A DNA stretch of 63,047 nt, filler included, from Sphacelaria rigidula (Eukaryota): NCBI GenBank assembly GCA_964200075.2. It is 11 parts of 11 records of this genome, joined end to end, with 100 filler letters (N's around TTAATTAATTAA, not from the genome) between each part and the next. Parts side by side here need not be neighbours in the genome. Positions count along the whole stretch, not along the records: positions 22,965 to 28,605 come from CAXNAA020025639.1; positions 28,706 to 34,346 come from CAXNAA020025640.1; positions 34,447 to 40,087 come from CAXNAA020025641.1; 8 more parts are not named here. One strand, 5' to 3'. A program made the translations under genes and the position numbers. How positions within the stretch are numbered: the first letter of the stretch is position 1; each line of letters opens with the position of its first letter. Shown here piece after piece: positions 24,542 through 39,222 of the stretch. The notes below the pieces were generated by a model. It was given only the letters and a program-made list of their open reading frames with translations. It made no database searches and was not told where the DNA came from.

Positions 24542-25874
24542 GTGAGAGAGCTTATGTTTTTTATGGTGTTGGTGTCGGTGTTTGTGATTGCTGCGATTGG
24601 CTGCTCCACTTGACGCGTGGTATGTAATCTATATAGAATCGTTTTGCTTTTTTTATTTTTTCAATGACAATGTGTCCCATTTTTCTCGAATCGTTAAGTA
24701 GATAGATACGTCGATGTGGTGGTCCGTTGTAAAAACTTCACAGCCTGAACAGTGCCAGAAGGTTATATTATCTAAAAAAGTGTACTGCGTACGGTATCGA
24801 CTGTTACATCCATTGCAGTAGACGATAGATTCCAAACTATATGCAGTACACTTTTTTCACAACATAACCCCCTGTCCAGGTTGTGAAAACTTCAGGTTGC
24901 TTCATGCCCTCGTCCCGGTGTACACTATGATCACATTGGTGACACCGAGAGATAACTATCATTGCTCAGGGACCGCAGGATACCTGGTTTCGAATTCCGA
25001 CCTGCGCATCGCGATCGAAAAAGATAACCCGCCAAAGTTAAGGGAGCAACAGAAGATCGCAAAAATGTTGGGGGATGAGCAGGCAGAGTTGACGAACTCA
25101 CAAACCGGACTCTGGCGGAGATTGTTGACTTGGGTACCCGACACACGCACGGGGCTATGCTCCCGACTAGTTGGTAAAACGGTTGCCTCTGCGGACCCAT
25201 TCTCGGAACAAAAACGCGCAAAACGCACAAGGAGGAGAGGGGGGCGGGGGTGGCGTGAAGTGGATGCTACATTACATCGGTGGCAAGGTACTGTGAATGT
25301 CTGTTGAGGACTCACAGCTTTTGCGCATGTTGGTTGGAATGGTACCTAAACAATTTACCGGGAAACGTTGACACCTGGCTCTCGCAGTATTTCTCTTCCG
25401 TTCAAGTTCCGTGTGCCAGTGTGCCTTTCGATTCATCAGGCTGTGAGTCATTTGTTTGTCAGTTTTTTTCACTCTGGATTGTCTCTCCTGCCAGCGACCA
25501 GTGGAGAGGAGCTGTGTGTGCGGTAGACTTCATATGATAATGTTGGCCCTGCGTATGTATTGACTCGTGTTTTGCAACCAGTAGTCGTGTCAGGTACGTA
25601 CTGTACATGGTGTATGGAATCTCTTTTTTGCTTTTGAAAAAACCCAACATAGACAATCTCCCCGCGGTATACCCAATATTACCTCGAAGGGTTCGGAAGG
25701 GTTTACCTAGTGTACTTGATAGGGGGACAGAGTCTTCGCAAAATACCGCAATATCATGAGACCTTAATTCCACTCTATGCGCTTTTTTCCCCCTCTGTTG
25801 TGTTGTCGTTCTGGTCATCTCTTTTTTTTTCTCTCTCTTTTTGATCCGTTGTGTCCGTCACGCCTCATATGTAG

Positions 25875-26006
25875 GTTCGGCTTTGGGACGTTGTGAAATG
25901 GAGAGAGCTGGGCAGGCTGTCGTTCCGCGGTCATAGCCACCCCGTTCGGTCGCTGGCCGTATCTCCAGACGGCAGTCTCCTTGTCAGCGGAGGGGAAGAT
26001 CACAAG
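25875..26006 (+). CDS. Exon of the same WD40-repeat gene
   Basis: TAG acceptor; 44 codons VRLWDVVKWRELGRLSFRGHSHPVRSLAVSPDGSLLVSGGEDHK (canonical WD/GH repeat); GT donor at 26007. Not shown in the ORF track. Confidence 0.9.
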
Positions 26007-28605
26007 GTATCAACTTGAACGAAACTATCTAGGCATTGCTGTACTGATTTGTCTGTTGATATATGTAGCTTCTGGCCGCAAACAGGTACTCTCATCCAGA
26101 ACCTACGTCACTAACGGTACGTTCACCCAGACTAGTATCAGATCTTGTGAAGGGGCAAAAGTGTTTTGTTGGCACTTTCTACGATAGCGCCTGATGTTTG
26201 GTTTTAGGCTGCATGAAGCGCCTCATACGGGCGACATTGGCGAAAACGAAACCAAGCGTGGGAATTCCGAGCTTCTCATTGTGCTCGGCTTTTTTCACTT
26301 CGATTTACTTGTAGATTTTGCATCCCCAAACCAGCCACTTTTTTTTTTTGGGGGGGGGAGGGGGCTATTGTATAAATTGTCCTTCTAGTTTTTTTGCTCA
26401 CTTCCAAGTCCTCCTCTTCCTCAGGTTGAGTCCGTCTTCTTAAGGGATCAATCAACCCATCTCTCCTCCCGGTACAGTGTACGCCTTGCAATTTGGTAGC
26501 ATCGCGGGTTGGATCATGACCGTCAGAACTCCCGCACCGTGTCTACTGTCGTCTCACAAACTCAGCCAAACAGACTCTACTACTCATGTACGTCCCCACG
26601 CTTTCGACAACGGAAATAAAAAAAGAGTTTGTTAACAAGAAGGAAAAAAAAAACGCTTTTTGGTACTTTTCTGAATTTCCTCGTGTAGCATCCGTCCTTG
26701 GCGCTCACAAGTCCCAGCTTTGATATATATATATATATATATTGATTGGGAAAAAAAGCAAGTCGTGCTGACAACACAATCCTCGAAATGGTGTTGTCGG
26801 GGTGTTACGGAGTACGTATCTTGTTCATCAGGGGGTGTTATCGATCTGGCGGGAATCGAAGCCGCGTTTTCCACGCCCTTATGGTTTGTGTCAATGATAT
26901 CATCCATTGAGGAGACCACCGGGGTGAGGCGGCGCGGTGCTGTACGATCATATTCAGGTCGGTTCGTTGCGGGAACGGGTGGTATGTGGTGATATGTGGG
27001 TGCTGGTCACCGACGGGTGCCCTCGCCGAAAATCTCATTTCATGCCGGAATAACAAACGAAAAAAAAAGAGTTTCGGTTTCCGCCGATACAGTGTGTTCG
27101 GTTTGTGCAAAGGGTCCCAGGCACCGAAAAGTTTCCTCTCTCACCGCCTCACTGACCACGATTTTGAACCGAGAGAGAAGTTTTCGGCTGTACAGTGCCT
27201 GAAGGGTGTATTTACAGTTGATGCACGCTGTAGCCAAAAGGGAGATTTTCGCTTTATTGAAAACAGCGTCGCTCGAGGGAAATGCGTTTTCCTACCGGAA
27301 ACGATATCTTGTGATCTATAAGTTCTTGGAAATGACGGGTTCTCTCACCTACAACCTTCACGTATCGCGAAATGACGGGCATTCGCCGGTTTCAGGTATA
27401 GCTAGACGTTTTCGACCACAACAAGGAATACGATGTACCACAACATACTACGCCGAACGTTCTCCGCAATGTGATTGGCCGAATCAGCCGCATACCTGTT
27501 TCTGGTGAAAACCACCACGGGTGTTCGCTCCCGCGTCTTCTCTTCCAAAACCTGTACCTGAACCTGGCAGAAATTATAACACCCTGGACTCTAGATTCTG
27601 CTGTGAAAAAATGTAACATGTCCAGTATGGAATCTCTTGTCCGTTACAATAGGCGGAAATTGTCGATATTGTATGCAGTACACTTCTTGACTGTATTATA
27701 TTGTCATCGTCCAGGGTGTGGGAATTATACCCGACCCTATCGTAACTTGTACCCGAACCTGGTGGAAAGTTTACCCAAATCTTGTAGTCAACGAGAAGCT
27801 AAATGTCATATTTCGCTTTCCCCACGAAGTGTAGTCGTCGAAACGTGAGCGCGTTTTGATCTCCGAATGGCCTGCAACCCGGCTTTCTGAGGCTTGCCGG
27901 CTGCTGTTCGGCTCCCGATTTCACCCACGATGAGACCCCCCTTGCGCAGAAAAAACAAAGTCAGGCGCAAGTAGCACCGCCAGAAAGACGGCCATCCACG
28001 TCAAAAAGCGCCAACAAAGCACGGTTATTCCAGCGACACGGGAAAAAGATGAAGAGTAAAATAGTACTACAGCACAGGACAGAGATGTCGATGGCAAGCG
28101 CTCCGTGCATCATCGTACTGCTCTATCAGGAGAGTCGCCTGTTGTGCCCCCCAACTCCCCGTTGCCCCTTCTGTTTTTGGTTATTTCGTTGCCGTGACTT
28201 GCGAGCCACACCACATGAAAGAATACAGCGCTTATCTAGCATAACGACGGAAGTTGTGCGGAGCAGAAGTGGTGCGTGTGCTTCTGTTGTGCGGCTCCGT
28301 TGTCGAATGACCTCGTTTGGGGTGGAAAGACGCCTTCCGCATCCTCCCGACACGGTGAAAGATGCGATTGTTAACATTTGCCGCACTGGACATGATTCAT
28401 TGGTTGATCGTCGCACATTCAACTCATCTTCTACAGTGGGAACCCAGTCGTTGACACATCAGATATGCACCAAAGGTGAATAAACTCGGAACCACTGGCT
28501 CAGACTACTTATGAAATAAAAAGTACATGCAGCTGCCCCCGCGACCAAAACAACAACAAACACAGTCATAGCCAGCACGACCTTCCCGCCGCCAAAGGAA
28601 CATAA

Positions 28606-28705
28606 NNNNNNNNNNNNNNNNNNNNNNNNNNNNNNNNNNNNNNNNNNNNTTAATTAATTAANNNNNNNNNNNNNNNNNNNNNNNNNNNNNNNNNNNNNNN
28701 NNNNN
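28606..28705. other. Artificial contig linker
   Basis: N44-TTAATTAATTAA-N44. Confidence 0.99.
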
Positions 28706-31700
28706 GGTATCGTCACTTCCAGAGACAGTCACAGCTTTTACACTGCCTCATGGGTGTCTAACCGGGGGGAGGGGGAGGTTGTATTCATGGTGTTGCACGC
28801 CATAGCCATAAGGCTATTGACCTAGCATCCCTACAAAGTCGGGACAGAGGACGTCGGGTTTTCGCTGGACCAGGAGTGGGGCTGTAATTTGATCCCTGGT
28901 TCTTTCACTAGTCTCGTACCTAATCCTTATCCTGTAAGGGGGCGACGCGTGCCCACGTGTCCAAAACGCACAGCGAACAACCGGGGTCGGTCTGTCCTCC
29001 CCAATCTCCAAGCTCACCGCTGCAGCTCCATGCCTATTGCTTGTGTAGGCGTGGGTCAGCTTGTGCTCGTCCTGTTACGTTGAACGTGGTGGGAACCTTT
29101 GCGTAAGACCACAAAGCTCCAAACCCCACCAGACTACACCCGTACGCATGGCCAGCCTACCGCATGCACACACACACACACACGACCTCATACGCCACGC
29201 CGTCCAGCTGTTCAGCCGGGGCTGTCTGTGTTCAATTTTATTATACTGTAGATGCATGCATGACCACGGGTATGCGTTACTCCTGGCGCTCGTCGCCACT
29301 GTACTGTTTGAAATTTTGGTGCCCCAAGGCAGCAACGTGCTGCTGATCACGGCTCACGGGCGAACGACCATGACCCGCGGCATAGACGTGACGACGATCT
29401 TTTTCATGGAGGATGTCGTCTCTCCACCACAACCATTCCGAACCCCTCGAAAGTCCGGCGAACTCCCGTCTTGTTTCACCCTGAGTACGTCTATCTTGTT
29501 AATAATTACCATCATTGAGCCCCTCGCAGATAAGTTCATGTGGGACAATCAAGCAATCAGCTCAATCAATCAACGTACGGGTGGGCTCAAGAGGGGTTAG
29601 ATCTTCGACTGTCCATGCTTTCTTCTCAGTTAGTTTCTCCGCTGACAGTCCCCGTAGAGTTGTGGAGGATGTTTTTTTGTAGGCGTAGAGAGATGATAAG
29701 TCGGCGTGGGCGGAAACAAAAGCAGGGGCGACGCACAACTGTACGCTTTGTTTTCAGCGTTGCACTCTAGGTACGCACATCCCAGGCACGTGGAATAAAT
29801 AGCGCAAGATTTGCATGGGGATTTTTTTACTACTCGCACTCGCGGTCAATTTGTTTTTCTCTGTTTCGAGCAATCGCAGGTCAGAAAATGGTAGATTCGG
29901 TGATTTGAATCAACTGTTATTCATCCGACTGTTGCCACATTACCGCATGAGGACGGTACAGCTGTGTTTCCTACCGACTGTACTGCAGCAAAACACTGTA
30001 GCTATTTCTGGACGTGACCATTTGTCCAAGAAAAATGCAAGTTTGTAAAAAATATATATAATGCGTCCACCGGAATAACGCAGAGGTGTCCCGGAACCGT
30101 CTCAACAAGTATAGCAAGGTATTCCAAGGTGTTAACATTCGCCTGAACCCTTTCTCTAAGGACATGGAACGACGAGGGAGGACCGAATAGGCAGATTGGC
30201 GGGTACATATTTTTTTGGTGTACCATGAGAAGCGGCCTTGGACACCGCCCGATTATGTGGTACAATCTGTTGTTCAGCCCTTGTCTGCCTTAGACTTCTC
30301 CCTATGCTTGTCAGTCCATCACGCGTTTTTTCTTTGCGTCATTTTTTCGCCTGATTTGACGCGATTCGTCGACGCGCAATTTGTTGCGCACATCTTGGGC
30401 ACATTCGCGCATAGAGGTGGCACCACCATCTAAGAACTTGATACCTGTGAACTCGAGGCTTGAAAAATCAAAATATAGGATATCGTGCGCAAATTGTGGC
30501 GCCGGTAAGAATCTTCAGACGAAATCCTATACAGACGCTGTCGCGCAGAGGGAACAAGGTACTAGCCTCGTGCCAAAAAAGCGGTCCTTGAGTGGTGGCA
30601 CCCTGTGCATCTTCGCGTATGACTTGGCTGCAGGGTGCATTGGAGAATGATTTTTTCATACCCCATGCTCCAGTTTTGGAATATAATTTGTTCGCGCGAG
30701 GCGTTGAAACGTGTCTCTTCACATAGGTACGGTACAGTGCAGTACCAAAAAATTGGAAGATCAAATTACGCCACGTGATTGATCGACTGGTCGCTGCGAG
30801 ACCCCCCCCCCCACCCCCACCCCCCTCCCCCCTCCGTCTCGAGTGGGATGCGTGGACGATGCTCAAACAACTAAGGTAAGCAATGAATGAGTACGCCCTT
30901 CACATTGGTGACGAAGAATGGAAATAATCTGTGGAAAGATCCCAGTAATACGTCTGGGTGGATCCTAATTTCCCGGCATATGGGGAATCTGATTTTTTTT
31001 TCCAAACCAGGTGTTTTTTTTTTCAAAGTAGACCAGTTTGACCTCGACCCCCTGTTTAGTTGATGTTTGATTTGTTTTTATTTCTTCTTTTTTAATCCTT
31101 GTTTTCTTCTTTTGTGTTGTCTTCTCTGTTCGTCTGCTCTGCTATCTTCCCGTTTCCTTCACTTTTCTTCGGTGACTATTTCCGTCCTGTTCACCTTCGG
31201 TACGTACGTCCATTTTGTATACCCTGGATGATGGCAATAGGTTACATTGTCAAAACTTGCACTGCACACAGCATGGAATATATTGTCTATTTGCAATAGA
31301 CGTAATGGTTGATACTGCACGCAGTACACTTTTTGACTTTGTAACCTTTTTGCCATTATCGAGGGTGTGCTATCTTGTGAATAATGACCGCGGCTGTGTC
31401 CCTCTGGGATCAGTTCATCTGCGACAGCCAATCAAATCGAATCAAATCAACCAATCAGTTTAATTGTCGTATCTTTACTCACCCTGCCTGGCTCGAGCCG
31501 TGGTTTCAATCTAGACATTATCCATGATAACCGGGTTAGACGATACGTGCATCGGTAACCTGGCAGTTCTGATTCTGTCATTTCGGATGGTGAACAAATT
31601 GTGCCGCATATTTTTTATTAGTACATGGAGACATGAATAAAGAAATGCTCCCATCACACTGTGCTTGCTGTTGCTTTTCTGCACTGCTTTTTTTGTGCAC

Positions 31701-31927
31701 ATCATCCCCCTTACATTACTTCTAACGACATTTTTCTTCAAAACCGACGTTTTTTTACGTTTATTCTGTGCATTGTTTGCGTTCTCTGCCTGCCTTTTTG
31801 CCTGCCTGCCTGCCCGCCTCTCTCTATGACTCTCGCTGCCTATCTCTATGCGTGTCCCTTGTCTGTCTGTCTGTCTGTCTCTGCCCGGCTCGCGCTCCCC
31901 CTCACTCGTTTTTTTGTCATTTTCCAG

Positions 31928-32167
31928 CCTTCGTAACCCCCTTCCCCGCTCTGGGGTACCACGCCTCCGCCATCACCAGGCGAGAGCGACCGGGGACATC
32001 TTGCGCACCACTGGTTGGGTTAAGATCATCGCCAGCGTCACCCTTACTACCGTCCTCATCGCCGCGGAACATAGAGAGGGCACGTATGACCCCCACCAGG
32101 ATTAGCAGAATTTTGTTCGCAGTTCGGGATGTCGAGGCAGAGGAGGAATCCTCAGCAAAGGAGCGAG
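31928..32167 (+). CDS. Probable exon encoding a plastid transit-peptide-like segment
   Basis: TTTTCCAG acceptor and G|GTAGA donor, 240 nt with symmetric phase 1. Reads (A)FVTPFPALGYHASAITRRERPG...SSPASPLLPSSSPR...: AF motif followed by an S/R/P-rich stretch. Confidence 0.5.
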
Positions 32168-33871
32168 GTAGAAAGGCCAGCCATGCTGTGCATGTATGAT
32201 ATGTGTGATTTTTTCCTGTCACGGCTTTTTTTCTGTCTTTTTTGTTTTTGTTTTTTGTTTGTTTCCCTCCTCGAGCTTCTTCCTTCGGCGAGAGTGTCCC
32301 TGTACATTACGAGTGGCCGTTTTTTTTTTTTTTACAGTCCAAGTTTGCATGTGAATCTCCCTCTCTCTCCATATATATATATATATATATATGCGTGTTG
32401 TTACCAAAAATGACTATATTACCAGCGGAGCAGTCGATGAAGATGGGATATGTAATCGATCAAAAACAAAATGATAAATCCAATCAACTCACCAATGAAT
32501 CCGTCAATCAGAATGGTGGAGTACGGAATATACCAACGGACTACCCGGGGCAATTTGGAACAGAAACAGAAAATTCGATGTTTTTATTTTGAAAGAAAAT
32601 GAAGGCAAACCCCGAACCAATGGAGAAGATATTTCCAACGGACAAATCAAATGCCGAAGACATGGCCATACGGGAAAATTGGTGAGAAGACTGCGAGATT
32701 TGCGAGAAATCTCGGGTCGTTGTTAATCTGTCGGTCAATCGGTTGGTTGATCTGTTCATGTATCGATTGGTTGATGGAATGTTGCACATTGTTGGCTGAG
32801 CCGTAACAAATGCAGCTGTTAGTTGTAACAAAAATAGACGAGCCTAAGACGACATAAACGGAGACACTCGGTAAAGGAAACTAAAGTCAAGAAACCGGGT
32901 GATGGTAAGGGGGTATAGTCATGATTTTGCATGCCATACTCATATGACTATTGAGGACCTCGCATCCCTCCACAGACGGAGCACGCCCGGGTTTCGCCGA
33001 ATGAGGCTCGTAATCAATCACCAATCGCGAAGCGCCGTGGCGTGTTCGGCGAGTCGCATGAAGGGTGACGTGCATACTGCTGAGGTTTTTCGGCCGCGAA
33101 GCGTGCTGATTATCTTGCGTGACAGCCTCCAATGAGTTGCTTCATTTTCTGGTATCGTCACTTCCAGGGACAGCCACGGGTTACACACTGCCTCAGGGGT
33201 GTCTCGCAGTTCGTTTTCACCAGGAGGAGGGGAGGGAGGGAGGGGGAGAGAAAAATTGGAGAGAAAAAAAAACAGAGCAAGCAGAAAAGAGAAGATTGAC
33301 CCGGCAGAAAATAAAAAGGAAAACTGAAAACTATAAATAGAACAAAGCGGGGGATGGGAAGGGAAGGCAAAGACAGAGACAGGCAGAGAGAACGGGCAAA
33401 CGTTATTTAGGCCAAGGTGCAGTAAAGCTCCGAAGAAAAAATCGTGGGAGCAGCCCGCTGCCGCATGGCTTCAGGTAACGACACTGTACAATGCACTCCC
33501 TAGAATATCTTGAGTTGAGAGTAGCAGGAGAATAAGCCAGTAATGATACCTACCCACCACCACCCCCCTCCCCGTGGAGATTATTTCTATCTCGAGTTAT
33601 CCCGGCCGCGCGAAGCCCCGGGATTCTCCAAACAAGGCGTTGTGCGGCACTACATTCTTCCTTTATCTCGTCTAGAGAAAGAGGGCTTGCCTCGCGATCG
33701 GACGATGCCATTTTTTGTTTTGTGAAGCTGTGGCCCTGATTTTTTTTGTCTTTGCCTCTTCTCCTCCTCTTCCTCTTCTTCTTCCTTTCCTTCTTCTCCT
33801 TCTTCTGTTGCTGCTGCTGCTGCCACCGGTAGACCTAGAGCTTTGTTCGTATATCTATGGCTGACAACGTG

Positions 33872-34095
33872 ACGACTTGATTTTAGACTTGACAATGTTC
33901 TGATGAAAAAAATTGGTTCGGGGCAGGTGAGCAGTGGATCCAGCTCGTCCAGAACGTATTTTTGTCTAAACCGGCGCCTGCGGCGTCGGTTTCAGGTCTG
34001 CCAACGCACACTTTGCCTAGGGGACTCTATGCACCTCGCCTCCCTTGCCCGAGGGTCTCGTACGCCTTGGGTCGGGGTTGGGGTTAGCGTTGTTG
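33872..34095 (+). repeat. Copy of the TTAGGG-containing MITE family
   Basis: GGGGCAGGTGAGCAGTGG...CCAGCTCGTCCAGAACGT...GGGGTTGGGGTTAGCGTT. Confidence 0.8.
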
Positions 34096-34150
34096 TTATT
34101 TTTGTTCGGAAAAATCAACCATAGATAAACGGCCAAAACTTTAGGTCGCC

Positions 34151-34185
<35 letters not shown>

Positions 34186-34346
34186 CCCTCCCCTCTCCCC
34201 AGCCCCTGCTCCGTCTCGAAAGGGATGCGTGATCAATGGCCAAACGACTAAGGCCAGCAACAAATGAGTTCGCCCCCCCCCGCCCCCCCCCCCCCCCCCC
34301 CCCACCCCCCCCCCTCTTCCCCTCTTTCTTTTTTGTTTTTTTCTAT

Positions 34347-34446
34347 NNNNNNNNNNNNNNNNNNNNNNNNNNNNNNNNNNNNNNNNNNNNTTAATTAATT
34401 AANNNNNNNNNNNNNNNNNNNNNNNNNNNNNNNNNNNNNNNNNNNN
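34347..34446. other. Artificial contig linker
   Basis: N44-TTAATTAATTAA-N44. Confidence 0.99.
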
Positions 34447-37229
34447 CGGAGTTTTGGGGGGGAAGATACTTTCGCTCTGTGTTACTCTTTTGTATCTTCC
34501 CTGCAATGGGGAAATGGGACTTCAACCTCATTTTATGTTTCAACCCCCAAAAATTAGTATCGGCGGTTGTTTGTAAACCGCCATTCGGGCAACATCGAGC
34601 TCATCCGAAATCAGGAGAAAAACTATCGCATAAGGCATGTCGTATATCACTATGCTGCAGCACAAACACACTCATGCGCTGTCTTTTGTGCTGTTGCTGT
34701 CGCTGCGCTTTGGTGTCTCCAGTTGTTTTCGAGGACGGCTTCGTCTCCGCTGGGACTGGCTGCGTGAGTTGTTTTGTTACTGTCGTGGCGTTCGTTTCCT
34801 CGAAAATTCATGCTGTCAACACGTAGTGCCGTCTAGACACTGTTCCTGTTCACACCTTCATTGTGTGTCCGCTTTTTTATCTCGAGTCAAACAAACAAGA
34901 GGCTTCCCAAACCCACTGTTGATATGCTGTAGATTGTCGCTGTGCTGTTGTGCATCCAAACACTCTACGACGATCACGGTGCGGTGGGCGCTCGAGAGTG
35001 CCTGAACAGTTGTCGTGCTGCATGCGGTGTTTCGGTATGTACAGAGTTGGAGTGGCACCGAGTTATTTATCGCCTGTTGGAGGAATCATACTTGGTCCGG
35101 GACTGAACACGGATAATACACTTCACAATACGACCTACTTCTGCCTGTTGCCTAGGGTATACCTGGATGCTCCGCAAGTATAGAGAAAATACTACGGGAG
35201 GAACCCTTACGACTTTACACCCACCCGCACTCAAGTGCGGACAAAGTGAGTATCAATTGCATATCTGCGCTGGACTCAGCAGCAAGAAACAGTGAGCGTG
35301 TATCGTTCTGCACTGAACACAGTCTGCTGCACGCTACTGGTGTCTCTACTTAGTGTTCCACATCAACACTACAGTGTGGTGAAGCTATGTTGGCAATACA
35401 AGAGGAGTCAGGCAGGCGGCAAAGACAGGCCACGAGTAGAAAGCACATCGTTTGTGCCCACGTGATTCATGATTGGTGATCAAAATGATTGTCCTGGTCT
35501 GCAACAACTTCTGTGCAAACCGGATACACGTCACGTCAATCGCTGTCTGTGTCAAGTTGTGGTCAAAATACTGTTTCTTTGTGTATACAGGGGTACATCA
35601 ATTTCAAATGAAAAGGAACATAACCCCAAATCGTTGAAAATATCGAGAAAAAAAGGGATCGGGGGGGGTTGGGCACGGGCGGTTGGGCACCGGGCGGCAG
35701 GTCTGTGCTAATTACTTGAATTTAGTCTAGTAGAAGAGTACTTGATCTTAGTGTGGTTATCAACTACTTGGATTTAATCTGGTAGTCGAATACTTGATTA
35801 TAGTGTACAGGTTTATAACATTTGATAATTGTATGGGCACTGGAGCGAGGTTAAACAACAACACGTGCCGAAGCTGGACATCGACCAGTACAGATTATAC
35901 ACTATTCAGTGAGTGTGGTCCTCTTCAGCATTGCTTGAGATAGTGGATAGAGCTTGAGTAGTGAGACAGAGTTTGTCTTTTACCGTGAGAGATGTATGAT
36001 CCGTGTACGTATGTACTCATATAGCTAACAGAGATGCCTACATCGTACGGTCGCATGTGTACTCCATGACCAGCGGGTTTCGCTGATTTTGCTATCTAAT
36101 GTGAAGGAAATGACATCAAGAAGAGTGTTGGAAATATTTGTGGCTCGTGGCGTTTGGTACTGTTCTCGAAACAGACCGACTACCGTCGCGGAGACAGTAG
36201 TTTAGCAGAGGTTGCACAGTGGTAGTCAAACCACTTGCTTCTGCAGCAGACAGAAAGTCCAAAGACAAAAATGGTGTTTGGGGCTCTTCACTTCGGCCGA
36301 ACAAAATCAAGGCAACCTCTTTTGCAAGCAGAGTGCTGAGGAAACGAAGAAGAGCTGGGCAAGCTTGGTATGCTTGGGAGAGCGATTACAAGGGCGATAG
36401 ACCACCGCTTACAGCCATGTTCAATCCTGGAAGAAGAATCCAACACTCTACACGCACGTAAGGTCTAATCGTATCATTCAATTCAACCTCGCTATTGCTG
36501 ACGCGGTAGCCTTGCTAGCTTAGATTAATTGCAAAGTTGCACACAAGATATCCTGTAGCTTACGTGGCCTAAATACTCCGCTAGAGTGTCTTTCATTGAC
36601 AATTCATAGCAACGCGCCTATTGTAGCAGTATCCTACCTGAAACGCCATTCACACAGGTATACTATGAATCAACACAAAAGAGTTACTCTCCATGAAAAG
36701 GATACTTATGAAACGGTCTTACGTGGTTCGTTGTTTCGTTGAAACGCAACAGATTGTACCGCTATCTTTTGTTGCAGCAACTTCATTCAACCATAATGAA
36801 TATAGAGTACATCGTCTAGATTTTTCTAACACCTGCCCGTGAATGAGACATGTTGCTACCAAAGGTAGTAGTGTACTCAACGCACTAAGTATAGTAGTGA
36901 GTGATGCAGTCAGACGAAAATATACAACGTACATAAACTGTTGTACCATTCCTCGTTGTATACGGTACTGTCATGTTTTCGACAAACGTCAGTCCAAACA
37001 AATTAGACCTGAAAAAGTCCACCCGCGTGCGCACGTATGTGTGTGCGCTTTTCGCATAGGCATCAAATTTCATGAGCCCTGTAGAAACAAATTCCTTGAG
37101 CCTGTTTTTAGAAAGAACGAAAAATAATAATGTGCAACAAATCATCCCGAACGTTCTATGAACCGTACAGTCACATGCGGCATCAGATGTCCTGTATTTT
37201 GTTCTCCTGTTTGTGTCCTGACGCTGTGG

Positions 37230-37312
37230 TTGACCCCGGCTGGTGTGCCCAAATATATATATACCGAAAAGCGTAGACCTGGGTCCAGAATTGATGGGAC
37301 GACAACACATAC
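37230..37312 (+). repeat. 3' end of SINE family 1
   Basis: TGACCCCGGCTGG...ATACCGAAAAGCGTAGACC...CCAGAATTGATGGGACGACAACAC. Confidence 0.7.
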
Positions 37313-39222
37313 CCTGTGAAATTCACGAATCGAACATCGTTCCCACAAAATATCAAGTCGCAAGGTGCTGCTTGACGCGAGAGTTGAACCACGGAGGTCA
37401 CTGCACGCACCTGTGTTTTATCCAGCTCATGTCCCCTGGAGTTGGTATGGCATATCATACATATGCCCTCAATAAAATCGAGGCAAAATAAATCATGTAC
37501 AGAAAAAGTTTTACGCAACACATGCGGTTTACTGTACTGTCCTGCAATGCACGACAATCATACTGTGTGCACAGGCATTTATCACCTGATTACCCACAAT
37601 CAATCATGCTTACCAACATCTGCGTAAAATAGCAAGCATGATCAAACATAATACACACTTCACTGGTGTGTCTTCGCTGTGCTACATTTTCCTCCCCAAC
37701 GCTTGTGGGCGGAATTTTGACATAATAGCTGCTTCATGCTCGACTTCAAAACATACGGGGGTAGTGCGCAATAAAAAACCTCTGTACAAAGGTTGATGAA
37801 CAAATTCACCCGTGTACGGTACAATACTCGCGGTAGACTATTTTCAAATAAGGCAAGGTCCTGCATACAGACCAGTGCAGTGATATAAACACAGTACCGA
37901 AACTTGAAATCAGTTACCACGCTTGCCAACGATGCGCTACGCTGTACAGTACAACCGATCGATTTGTTTCTCGAATACGTTTCTCGGAGAATTCCTGGTA
38001 CTGCGTACAGTCTAATGAAGGATATACTTACCACATTACTATGGTTTCCTGCGCTACGTCAAGCATTCAGTAGTATACGGTGAGTAGTGGCGATCGTTGA
38101 TATCGCTGGGTCCGTTCTTGATGATAGCGCTGCAGTTGTAGTGTCGTTCGTTGATCTTGTTCGGTTCGTTCGCGGCGGTGTTGTAGTATAGCTGCTCGCC
38201 TCATTCCGTGCTCTCACCCGATCGTGGTTGCTGCTCGAGTGATGGCGCAAAAGATTCCGAACAGTGAAGGACACCTGATAGCACTGACAAACAAGTGGTA
38301 TCGTTTCAAATGAAACGCGGAGAGTTAGAAAGTTCAAGTGACATAATGGTGTATGTGCTTCGAGGAAAGCGATGTTGCTGGTGATGCTCGAGTGCGCTCA
38401 AGATGTGCTCCTGGATGCTGGCTTCTTGATGGTGGATGCTTCCCTCGGGCTTGCTGGTGGAGTCGCTTGGGGTGGTCGCTTCTTGGTATAAAGCAGGTGA
38501 TGATTTTCGTTCGTTGTGCTGACTGCCCTCGCTGGTGATGATATCCTGTACCGCGTCTCCTGCGCTGGATTTTCCTGGGGTGTTCAATCGCCCCGCTTTT
38601 CACGTAGACAGATGAGGGAGCTGGCCCCTGCCGCAGTACTGAAGGGCCTCTTTTCTTGATGTCAAGCACTTCTCTGATGTACCCTTTCTCCTCTCGTGTC
38701 TTTGTAACTTCGATGTCGGAGCTGCCCGGATGCGATATTTTGGGCTACTGCTGCTGTTGCTGCTGCTTCTGCTGCTGGTGGTTCGGCTGCTGCTCATGCT
38801 GGTGATGGCGGCAGTGGGACTGCGACTGCTCCTGATGCTGATCACGGGCCTTCTGCCGTGAAGTTGTTAGTCTCTTCGTTGTAGAGGATGGAATAACCTT
38901 CGTTCCTGTTCCCCTGTTGTAATTTCTGCGCCTGCTGATTTCTGCCGCTGTAGAGTTGACCGGCCTGTTCTTCTCATGGGATTTCAAATTTCGTTTATTT
39001 TCCGTACTGATGCATGCAGTTGTAGGCTTGGCCAATAAAGATCTAGATCTATTGTAGTTACGACTCTTGCTCATTTTTCCGGCTGAACAGCACACAGATT
39101 TGACTTTTCGGGCGGCTGCTGTCGGAGGCGGTTCTACGATCTTGACGGTTCCTGTCTTGTTCGGCGGAAACACTGCGGCTGATAATGCTGTCCCCATCCG
39201 CAAACAGTCTCCGGATAATACC

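Noticed and set aside
35713..35806. Four ~26-bp units starting TACTTG
   Set aside because: Short degenerate minisatellite with no repeat-spacer structure.
36220..36457. Exon-like segment bounded by CAG and GTAAG
   Set aside because: Poor polypyrimidine tract, no recognisable product or partner exon.
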